DNA of 64,000 nucleotides from an uncultured Actinomycetes bacterium (GTDB lineage Bacteria; Actinomycetota; UBA4738; HRBIN12): NCBI GenBank assembly GCA_963704885.1, contig CAVPIB010000001.1, positions 896,001 to 960,000 of the forward strand, read 5' to 3'. Shown piece by piece: positions 56,663 to 64,000 of this stretch (position 1 is its first letter; each line of letters starts with the position of its first letter). The notes under the pieces were generated by a model. It saw only the letters and a program-made list of their open reading frames with translations, ran no database searches and was not told where the DNA came from. The position numbers and the translations under genes were made by a program.

Positions 56663-57667
56663 ATGACCGTCCAGAACCATATCCTCGTAACCGGTGGCGC
56701 CGGGTTCATCGGGTCCCACCTGGTGGATGCGCTGCTCGAACGCGATACCCGCGTCACGGTTCTCGATCGGCTCTCGACAGGCGGGAGCCGCGCGAACCTG
56801 GAGCACCACGGTGAGGACCCTCGACTGCGACTGATGATCGGCGACGTGGCCGACGCTCCCTTGGTGGCTGGGCTCATGGTCGACGTGGACGCCGTGATCC
56901 ACGCCGCCGCGGAGTCCCACGTGGATCGAAGCATCGAGGATCCGGCCGCGTTCCTGCGGACCAACGTCCTGGGCACGCAGTCGGTCCTCGACGCCTGCCG
57001 GGCCAGCGGCACCAGGATGCTCATGGTCTCGACCGATGAGGTCTACGGCCCCGGCGAGCCCGGGGACAGCGTGTTCGACGAGGAGCATCCACTTAGGCCT
57101 GCGAGCCCTTACGCGGCCAGCAAGGCCGCCGCCGACCTGCTGTGTAGCTCCTACGTAACCACCTACGGCGTTCCGGTCACCATCGTTCGCGGCACGAACG
57201 CGTTCGGTCCTCGCCAGATCGAACGCGTGGTCCCTACGTTCGCGATCTGCGCGCTCGAGGGACGTGCGGTCCCGGTCTACGCCGAGGGACGTCAGCGCCG
57301 CGAGTTCCTGTATGTGTCCGACTGGGTCCAGGCGGCGCTCACGGTCCTCGACGCGGGTGCCCCCGGCGCCGTGTACAACATCGGCGACGGGCACGAGTTG
57401 GAGAACCTGGAGCTAGCCCGCCGGATCTGCGAGCTGGCCGGCGCGCCCGCGTCGCAGGTCGCTTTCGTGGCGGACCGGCCTGGACACGACTTCCGTTACG
57501 GCCTCAGGGCGGAGCGGCTGCGGGCGCTCGGCTGGGCTCCTCAGGTGTCGTTCGAGGAGGGTCTGTCCCGCACGGTGAGCTGGTACCGGGATCATCTGGC
57601 TTGGCTCCGCCGAGCGCACGATGTCCCGGTGATCACCGAACCACGTCCTGCCGAGGCCGGTCTGTGA
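56663..57667 (+). CDS. rmlB: dTDP-glucose 4,6-dehydratase
   Basis: TGGAGFIGS, AAESHVDRSI, STDEVYG, PYAASKA, DRPGHDFRY. Confidence 0.92.
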   Translation: MTVQNHILVTGGAGFIGSHLVDALLERDTRVTVLDRLSTGGSRANLEHHGEDPRLRLMIGDVADAPLVAGLMVDVDAVIHAAAESHVDRSIEDPAAFLRTNVLGTQSVLDACRASGTRMLMVSTDEVYGPGEPGDSVFDEEHPLRPASPYAASKAAADLLCSSYVTTYGVPVTIVRGTNAFGPRQIERVVPTFAICALEGRAVPVYAEGRQRREFLYVSDWVQAALTVLDAGAPGAVYNIGDGHELENLELARRICELAGAPASQVAFVADRPGHDFRYGLRAERLRALGWAPQVSFEEGLSRTVSWYRDHLAWLRRAHDVPVITEPRPAEAGL

Positions 57668-58503
57668 GGCTGGTCCTGACCGGGGCCGGTGGGGGCCTCG
57701 GGCGGGCGTTCCTGGCGAGCGCGCCGGCGCATCACCGTATCCACGCGTTCACGCATGACGAGCTGGACGTCGGTGATCACGACGCCGTCATGCGGACGGT
57801 TCCGGCCCTGAGTCCCGATGCCGTCCTGCACCTGGCGGCGTTCACAGACGTGGACGGGTGCGAGAAGGAACCCGCCCGCGCGTCGCGCGACAACGCGCTC
57901 GGTACCCAGCATGTGGCGCTCGCCGCGCGCGCCTGCGGCGCGATCCTGCTCTACGTATCCACCGACTACGTGTTCGACGGTTCCAAAGAGGCGCCCTATG
58001 ACGAGCTGGACGCGCCGAACCCGCTGTCGGTGTACGGGCGGACCAAGCTGGCCGGTGAGCGGTTCGTGCGTGACCTGGTCCGCGAGCACGTGATCCTGCG
58101 CAGCGGTCAACTGTTCGGAGGTGGCGACGACTACGTGACCGGCGCGCTCTCGCGCATGCGGGCCGGCGAGACGGTGGGGGGGATCACCGATCGCTTGGGA
58201 TCCCCGACGTTCGTCCCGCACCTGGCCCCGCGGATGCTGCCGTTGCTGCTCACGGGTCGCTTCGGCACGTACCACCTAGCCGGCCCCGAGGCGACAACCT
58301 CGTTTGACGTGCTCGAGAGGGCGCGCGCGATGGGTGAGCTGCCGGGCAGCGTCGAGCCCCAGCAGGCGGCATCGCTCGGGTTCGCTGCGCCGCGTCCCGC
58401 GAACGCCGCACTCGCCAGTGCCTACCTATCGCATCTTGGGATCGAGCCGCTGCCGGTGCTCGATGCGGCGATCGCCGAGCTGCTCGGCGCGGGTGCCGGT
58501 TGA
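57664..58503 (+). CDS. rmlD: dTDP-4-dehydrorhamnose reductase
   Basis: TGAGGGLG, AAFTDVDGCE, STDYVFDG, VYGRTKLAGE, GSPT. Confidence 0.9.
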   Translation: MRLVLTGAGGGLGRAFLASAPAHHRIHAFTHDELDVGDHDAVMRTVPALSPDAVLHLAAFTDVDGCEKEPARASRDNALGTQHVALAARACGAILLYVSTDYVFDGSKEAPYDELDAPNPLSVYGRTKLAGERFVRDLVREHVILRSGQLFGGGDDYVTGALSRMRAGETVGGITDRLGSPTFVPHLAPRMLPLLLTGRFGTYHLAGPEATTSFDVLERARAMGELPGSVEPQQAASLGFAAPRPANAALASAYLSHLGIEPLPVLDAAIAELLGAGAG

Positions 58504-58529
58504 AGCGGGTGCCGGTTGAACGGGTGCCG
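58489..58529. repeat. 16-bp tandem repeat (GCGGGTGCCGGTTGAA x2 plus a partial third copy) spanning the rmlD stop
   Basis: Read directly. Confidence 0.9.
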
Positions 58530-58559
58530 CCCGGCCCGGTGCTACGCTGACCTGCGCTT

Positions 58560-58949
58560 ATGGCCGCACCGACCGAGCACGATCCCGCGTTCGACGACCT
58601 CTCCCGCGAGCTCTACTGGGCCCAGGAGCGCGCGTCGCGCGCCCGCATGGATACGGCGGAGGTCCGTGACCGACTGCACGACCTATCCATGCAGCTGCGC
58701 GCCGACGAGAAGGTGATCATCCCGCAGGGCGAGGGCAACCTGGCCTCCACGTCTCGGTGGCGGCGCCAGCTCAAGTACCGGCTGTTCCGCGTGATGCGCC
58801 CGATCTCGTGGCGCTACGACAGGCTGATCGCCGATCACGCGGAGCTCTCGACCAGCCTGGCCGAACGGTTGATGGCCGCCGAGGCCGAGATCGCGCGGCT
58901 GCGCGCGGAGCTCGGGCACGAACGCGACGACGAGGGACCGCCGGCGTGA
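58560..58949 (+). CDS. Small coiled-coil hypothetical protein in the glycan locus
   Basis: Its stop overlaps the next GTG; heptad-like segments. Confidence 0.65.
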   Translation: MAAPTEHDPAFDDLSRELYWAQERASRARMDTAEVRDRLHDLSMQLRADEKVIIPQGEGNLASTSRWRRQLKYRLFRVMRPISWRYDRLIADHAELSTSLAERLMAAEAEIARLRAELGHERDDEGPPA

Positions 58950-59995
58950 GGGTCGCGGTCCTGCATCCACAGACGGCTTTCGTGCGCGGCGGCGCCGAGA
59001 CGCACGCGGAGGGACTGGTCCGCGCCCTGCGGGCCGCCGGCCACGAGGCCGACCTGGTCCAGATCGCCGGGAAGTGGTACCCGGCAGCGCAGCTCGCGCA
59101 TCAGATGGCGGTGTGGCGGAGCTTCGACATCACCGAGTCGAACGGTTTGAACGTGGATGCAGTGATCGGCCTGAAGTTCCCGGCGTACCTGGTTGAGCAT
59201 GAGCGCAAGATCGTGTGGCTGATGCATCAGCACCGCACCGCGTACGAGTTGTGGGATCACCCCGTGTACGCCGACCTCTCCCGCCAGGAAGACGGTGCCG
59301 CCGTCAGAGACATGGTCTGGAACGCCGACCGTCTGGCGCTGAACGAGGCGAAGCGTGTCTTCACGAACTCGCGGAACGTGAAGGATCGGCTGTGGAGCTC
59401 GCTGCGGATCGCGTCCGACGTGCTGTACCACCCGTCGCCAGCGATGGAGCACCTGCTGGATCTGCCGACGGGCCCGCTGGGCGACGCCATCGTCTTCCCC
59501 AGCCGGATGGAGAGCCTGAAGCGTCAGTCGCTCGTCATCGACGCCATGGCGCACGTGAAGACCGACGTGACGCTCCTCCTGATCGGCAAGGGACCCGATG
59601 AGCCGGCGCTCCGCGATCAGGTGGAACGGCTCGGCGTGGGCGACCGGGTGCGGTTCGAGATCGGGGTGAGCGATGAGCGGTTGTACCAGCTATACGAGAG
59701 CGCGCTGGGCGTCTACTACGGGCCGTTCGATGAGGATTACGGCTACGTGACACTCGAGGGGTTCGCGGCCGGCCGGCCGGTCGTGACGCTCAGCGACAGC
59801 GGCGGCCCTCTCGAATTCGTGGTCGACGGCCAGACGGGGCTGGTCGCAGAGCCCGAGCCCAAGGCGATCGCCGAGGCCTTCGATCGGCTCTATCGCGATC
59901 GCGATCTGGCGGCCCGGCTGGGCGCGGCCGGCGACGCGCTGGTCCGCACCGAAGTGCCCCGCTGGCCCGACGTCGTGGCGCGACTGCTCGACTGA
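58946..59995 (+). CDS. Glycosyltransferase family 4
   Basis: FVRGGAE, KFPAY, HQHR, SRME-x-LKR, DEDYGYVTLE, DSGGPLE. Confidence 0.9.
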   Translation: MRVAVLHPQTAFVRGGAETHAEGLVRALRAAGHEADLVQIAGKWYPAAQLAHQMAVWRSFDITESNGLNVDAVIGLKFPAYLVEHERKIVWLMHQHRTAYELWDHPVYADLSRQEDGAAVRDMVWNADRLALNEAKRVFTNSRNVKDRLWSSLRIASDVLYHPSPAMEHLLDLPTGPLGDAIVFPSRMESLKRQSLVIDAMAHVKTDVTLLLIGKGPDEPALRDQVERLGVGDRVRFEIGVSDERLYQLYESALGVYYGPFDEDYGYVTLEGFAAGRPVVTLSDSGGPLEFVVDGQTGLVAEPEPKAIAEAFDRLYRDRDLAARLGAAGDALVRTEVPRWPDVVARLLD

Positions 59996-61332
59996 TGGCG
60001 CGCTCCTTGGTCCGAAGGGTCATGCGAGTGACCTCGCCGGCAGCGCCCGGCTCGGTCGGCGAGCTGGTCTTCTCCGGTCCCATGCCTCCGGCGCCGACCG
60101 GCATCGCGAGCTACGACCGGGCCGTCTTGGACGGTTTGCGACGCATCGGCTTCTTCGACAGGCACCGCATGGACGTCCTGTCGCCGATCCAACCGAAGGA
60201 CACTCCGCGCCTGCCCGGGTTCCGACTTGGGGTCTTCCAGCTGGGGAACAACGTCGAGTTCCACCTGGAGGCCTACCGGGCAGCGTTCCTCACGCAGGCG
60301 GCGCTCGTTGTGCTGCACGACCTGGCGCTCGACGACTTCGTCCGCGGCCTCCGCACGCTGGGCGATCCGCTCGGGTTCATGGCCACGCGGGAGGCCGCGT
60401 CGCTCCGTCGGAACCTGAGATCGCCGGACGTGATGCGCAACGAGCCGTTGCGCGAGCCCTGGTGCGCGCACGTCGCTCGCCGTGCTCGAGGGATCGTGGT
60501 CCACGCCGAGTTCTGCAAGCGGTACCTGGAAGAGCTCGGCTGCAGGACGCCGGTGTTCGTGGTCCCGCATCCGGTGATGGAGTCCGAGAGCGACATGCGC
60601 AGAGCGACCGGCCGCGTTCGCGAGTTCCGGATGGGACCGGAGGCGAGGGGGATGCGTTCGCTCGTGGTCGTCCCCGGCGACCTCAACCAGGCGAAGCGGA
60701 TCGACGCCGTCCTCGCTTCCGTCCACCTCGTGGATCCGTCCGTCCATGTGGCGCTCGTGGGCCGCAGGATCGAGGGCTACGACATCGAGCGCGTCGTCGA
60801 GGAGGCCCGGCTGGGGCAGCGGGTGACCCTTGCGACCGACGTGTCCGATGACGACTTCCGCGCATGGCTCGCGGCCGCCGACGCGGTGGTGGATCTGCGC
60901 TTCCCGCACCGCGGTGAGGTGAGCGGATCGCTGATGCGCGCGATGCAGGTCGGCAAGCCTGCCGTCGTCTCCGCCACGGGCACCTACCTGGACGCGCCGG
61001 ACGACGCCGTCCTGCGCGTGGCGCCGGGTCCGCCTGATCCCTCAGAGCTGTCCGCGCGCCTGCGAATGTTGCTCGAGGACGATGCCCTCCGGTCGAGGAT
61101 GGGCCAGGCGGGTCGTGCCTATGTCGAGGCTCTTCGCACCTCTGAGGCCACGGCGAGGGGGTATGAACTTGCGATCGAGGCGACCCTCACCCTCGTCCGC
61201 GACCCGGCGCACAAGGCGCTCGGGATCTGGGGCAAGGCCTTGGCCGACATGGGGGCAGACGAGGCCGACCTGCGCGAGGGTCTCGGCCTGGACTACGCCC
61301 GCGCCCTGGCCACGTTCCAGGGAACGCCATAG
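59995..61332 (+). CDS. Glycosyltransferase family 4
   Basis: P-x-PP-x-x-TGIA-x-Y, QLGNN, VLHD, LRFPHRGEVSG. Confidence 0.85.
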   Translation: MARSLVRRVMRVTSPAAPGSVGELVFSGPMPPAPTGIASYDRAVLDGLRRIGFFDRHRMDVLSPIQPKDTPRLPGFRLGVFQLGNNVEFHLEAYRAAFLTQAALVVLHDLALDDFVRGLRTLGDPLGFMATREAASLRRNLRSPDVMRNEPLREPWCAHVARRARGIVVHAEFCKRYLEELGCRTPVFVVPHPVMESESDMRRATGRVREFRMGPEARGMRSLVVVPGDLNQAKRIDAVLASVHLVDPSVHVALVGRRIEGYDIERVVEEARLGQRVTLATDVSDDDFRAWLAAADAVVDLRFPHRGEVSGSLMRAMQVGKPAVVSATGTYLDAPDDAVLRVAPGPPDPSELSARLRMLLEDDALRSRMGQAGRAYVEALRTSEATARGYELAIEATLTLVRDPAHKALGIWGKALADMGADEADLREGLGLDYARALATFQGTP

Positions 61333-61415
61333 AACCTTCGAAGGTCGCGTGGTGACCCGTTGCTAGACTCGGACGCACCGCGCCTGGCCAGCGCATCTAT
61401 CCGAGGAGCCACGTC

Positions 61416-62330
61416 ATCACCGCTACCCTGAACATCACCGAGCGCACGTCGGAGTCCCTGCATCTGCATCCGGGACACCGGATCCGCGAGCTGTTCGCAC
61501 ATCGGGAGATCCTGCTCAACCTGGTTCGCAAGGAGCTGAAGGTCAAGTACACGGCGTCGGTGCTCGGCGCGATCTGGTCGATCCTCAACCCGATCGTCTT
61601 CCTGGCGGTCTTCACGTTCGTGGTGAAGATCCTCGGTAACGAGACGCCGCACTACCCGGTGTTCCTGCTCTCCGGTCTGCTCGCGTGGAACCTCTTCTCG
61701 GTCGCGGTGGGCAACGGAACCAGGTCGGTGATCGACAACGGCAACCTGGTGAAGAAGGTGGCCTTCCCACGCGAGATCTTGCCTCTGTCCGTGGTCGGCG
61801 TGGCGATCGTCGACTTCGTGTTGCAGTCGGGCGTCCTGCTGCTCTTCATGCTGGTGAGCGGCTACGGGTTCCACCTGGCGGCGTTGGTGCTCTACCCGCT
61901 GTCGTTCGTGACGCTCCTGGTGTTCACGACCGCGCTCGTCTTCTGGGTGTCGGCTCTCAACGTCCGTTACCGCGACGTGCAGCACCTGATAGGCCTGGCC
62001 CTCCTGGTGTGGTTCTGGATGACGCCGATCGTCTATCAGGCCGGCCTGGTCCACGACAAGCTCACCGATCCGAGCGCTCCGTGGTCACCACATCTGTGGA
62101 CCGTCTACATGTTGAACCCGCTCACCCCGATCGTGTCGGGGTTCCAGCGCGCCTTGTACGCGGCGGTGTCGCCGGTGGTGGATGGCCAGGCGGTCGCCGT
62201 CTTACCCCAAGTGAGCGTCTCCTGGCTGGTCGGGGTGATCGCCCTGTTCCTGCTGGGATCTCTCGTACTCCTCCTCGGCACCTGGCGGCTCTTCTTCCGC
62301 CTCTCGGCAGACTTCGCGGAGGAGCTTTGA
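61416..62330 (+). CDS. wzm: ABC-2 polysaccharide exporter permease (Wzm/TagG-like); start codon uncertain (ATC at 61416)
   Basis: LVRKELKVKY-x-x-SVLG-x-x-WS-x-LNP, LVKKVAFPR, RYRDV, TPIVY, LNP, FAEEL. SD GAGGAG lies 7 nt before an in-frame ATC. Confidence 0.85.
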   Translation: MTATLNITERTSESLHLHPGHRIRELFAHREILLNLVRKELKVKYTASVLGAIWSILNPIVFLAVFTFVVKILGNETPHYPVFLLSGLLAWNLFSVAVGNGTRSVIDNGNLVKKVAFPREILPLSVVGVAIVDFVLQSGVLLLFMLVSGYGFHLAALVLYPLSFVTLLVFTTALVFWVSALNVRYRDVQHLIGLALLVWFWMTPIVYQAGLVHDKLTDPSAPWSPHLWTVYMLNPLTPIVSGFQRALYAAVSPVVDGQAVAVLPQVSVSWLVGVIALFLLGSLVLLLGTWRLFFRLSADFAEEL

Positions 62331-63508
62331 GTACGGCGATCGACGTCGACGGCATCTCGAAGGTCTTCCGGCTGTTTCGCGAACGCCCTAGCTCCATCAA
62401 GCAGCGGATGCTCTCGGGCAGGATGCGCGCCGAGGACTTCTGGGCCCTGCGCGACATCGCGTTCGAGGTCGAGGAGGGATCTTCGCTCGGGCTGATCGGA
62501 CACAACGGGTCGGGCAAGACCACGCTCCTCAAGTGCATAGCGGGGATCCTGCGGCCGACGTCCGGTGTGATCCGGTACCGCGGCCGCGTCGCCGCTCTCC
62601 TCGAGCTTGGTGCCGGCTTCCACCCGGAGCTGACGGGCCGCGAGAACGTCTACCTGAACGCCTCGTTCCTGGGGCTCTCGCGCAAGGAGACCGACCGGGT
62701 CTTCGACGACATCGTGGCGTTCGCCGAGCTCCAGGACTTCATGGACAACCAGGTCAAGTTCTACTCCTCGGGGATGCTCGTGCGCCTCGGCTTCGCGGTC
62801 GCCGTTCACGTCGACCCGGACATCCTGCTGATCGACGAGGTACTCGCGGTGGGCGACGAGGCCTTCCAAGCGAAGTGCCTGGACCGCGTCAGGAGCTTTC
62901 AGGCCGAAGGTCGCACCATCGTGTTGGTGACCCACGCGCTGGACACCGTGCGCGACGTGTGCGACCGAGCGGTGATGCTCGATCACGGACGGGTCCACGC
63001 AAGAGGGTTGCCCGACGACGTGGTGCGAGAGATGCGCTACGTGCTGCTGGGGGTGACCGACCCGGGGTTCGTGCCCGAGGAGGGGACCCGTGAGGCCGAG
63101 ATCTCCTCTGTGGAGCTGATCCGCGCCTCAGGCAAGAGCGACGGACCCGTGCTCCGCGACGACCCGCTCACCATCCAGGTCGACGTTCACGCGAACCAGC
63201 CCGTGGCCGACCTGGACGTGGATTTCGCGATCATGGACGGGGCCACCAATCACCCGATCATGGCCGAGCGAACCTCCGCGCACGGGATCGAGGTGGACCG
63301 TTTCGACGGCAAGAAGCGCGTTCGGTTCCGGATCCCGGCGTTCCCCTACGCGGCGGGCAAGTACTGGGTCACGATCGGCCTCTCGTCGTGCGAGAACGGC
63401 CACCTGTATCACGTGCAGACGCAGCGTTACCTGTTCGAGGTGATCGAGGTTCCGCGCGTGCAGGAGCCGATCGACATCGCGGTCCAGGCTGAGGTCGAGG
63501 ACCTGTGA
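62327..63508 (+). CDS. wzt: ABC polysaccharide exporter ATPase with C-terminal Wzt carbohydrate-binding domain
   Basis: GHNGSGKTT, LGAGFHPELTGREN, YSSGM, IDEVLAVGD, VTH; C-terminal Ig-like extension. Confidence 0.92.
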   Translation: MSTAIDVDGISKVFRLFRERPSSIKQRMLSGRMRAEDFWALRDIAFEVEEGSSLGLIGHNGSGKTTLLKCIAGILRPTSGVIRYRGRVAALLELGAGFHPELTGRENVYLNASFLGLSRKETDRVFDDIVAFAELQDFMDNQVKFYSSGMLVRLGFAVAVHVDPDILLIDEVLAVGDEAFQAKCLDRVRSFQAEGRTIVLVTHALDTVRDVCDRAVMLDHGRVHARGLPDDVVREMRYVLLGVTDPGFVPEEGTREAEISSVELIRASGKSDGPVLRDDPLTIQVDVHANQPVADLDVDFAIMDGATNHPIMAERTSAHGIEVDRFDGKKRVRFRIPAFPYAAGKYWVTIGLSSCENGHLYHVQTQRYLFEVIEVPRVQEPIDIAVQAEVEDL

Positions 63509-63933
63509 GCACCTCCGCTCCCACTCAGGTTCCCACATCGGATGAAGGGAAAGGCCACGCCATGCTCATAGGACTCATCCTCGTCTCGGTATCGCTCGCG
63601 GCACTGGCCCAGCTCACCTTGAAACACGGGGTGAACCAGGCGACGGCCGAATCGGGGGCCCTTCAGCTCACGAGCGCCTCTATCAGGAACGTCGTTTCCA
63701 CGCCGGCCGTGTGGGGTGGTCTGTTCCTGTTCGGCCTGTCCGCGGTCGTCTGGCTCGCGGTCCTGTCGCGGACGTCGCTCTCCTTCGCCTATCCGTTCGC
63801 CTCGCTCACGTACGTGTTGATCCTGTTGGCGGACCGGTTCGTGCTGCATGAGACGATCCCACCCCTGCGGTGGGCGGGGGTGGCGTTCATCATGCTCGGC
63901 ATCGTCTTCGTAGCCCAGACGCGCCACGCATGA
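63505..63933 (+). CDS. Small multidrug/EamA-like (ArnE/ArnF-type) membrane protein
   Basis: AQLTLKHG, WLAVLSR-x-x-LS-x-AYP, E-x-I-x-x-x-RWAG. Confidence 0.8.
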   Translation: MSTSAPTQVPTSDEGKGHAMLIGLILVSVSLAALAQLTLKHGVNQATAESGALQLTSASIRNVVSTPAVWGGLFLFGLSAVVWLAVLSRTSLSFAYPFASLTYVLILLADRFVLHETIPPLRWAGVAFIMLGIVFVAQTRHA

Positions 63934-64000
63934 GCGAAGCGCCCCCAGCCGAGCTCGCGGTGGTGATCGTCAACTTCAACGCCGCCGACTACCTGGAGCG
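63930..64000 (+). CDS. Glycosyltransferase family 2, N-terminus only
   Basis: MSEAPPAELAVVIVNFNAADYLE; ATGA overlap. Confidence 0.7.
   Translation, partial: MSEAPPAELAVVIVNFNAADYLE

Overview
High-GC chromosomal window whose gene content points to an Actinomycetota genome (inference from the LexA box type, DosR/DosS-like pair, DUF222-HNH gene, LCP protein and leaderless genes). No rRNA, tRNA or CRISPR array was found. From left to right: (1) a minus-strand copper-handling operon (CopC-CopD fusion, two GH(L/I)H paralogs, His-start exported protein, CPBP protease, ABC binding protein) headed by a membrane leader gene ending in an RGPP ribosome-arrest motif, whose codons can pair with the next gene's Shine-Dalgarno (SD); (2) an acyl-CoA / ethylmalonyl-CoA-type cluster (hbd, pccB plus epsilon-like subunit, ccr, mce, thiolase, acyl-CoA dehydrogenase) interleaved with glycosyltransferases, an Rpf-like hydrolase, a Cas4/AddB-like nuclease and an FtsH-like protease; (3) an accessory island with a signal-peptide-bearing Rhs toxin carrying a hidden HYT-type ADP-ribosyltransferase tip, an immunity candidate, an orphan Rhs core and a LexA-boxed DUF222/HNH gene; (4) a giant coiled-coil pseudo-histidine kinase; (5) a nurA-herA-sbcD-sbcC repair cluster, directly preceded by an AhpD-like gene with an in-frame UGA (CHY-U) and an fdhF-like SECIS hairpin, i.e. 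a probable selenoprotein; (6) acnA; (7) a DosR/DosS-like stress region with a cupredoxin-fused two-domain laccase and an ApbE flavinylation module; (8) an LCP-rml-GT-Wzm/Wzt glycopolymer locus. Several single-base indels at short G/C runs suggest long-read errors, so frameshifts are not treated as proven pseudogenes. All domain names come from motif recognition by eye; no searches were run.
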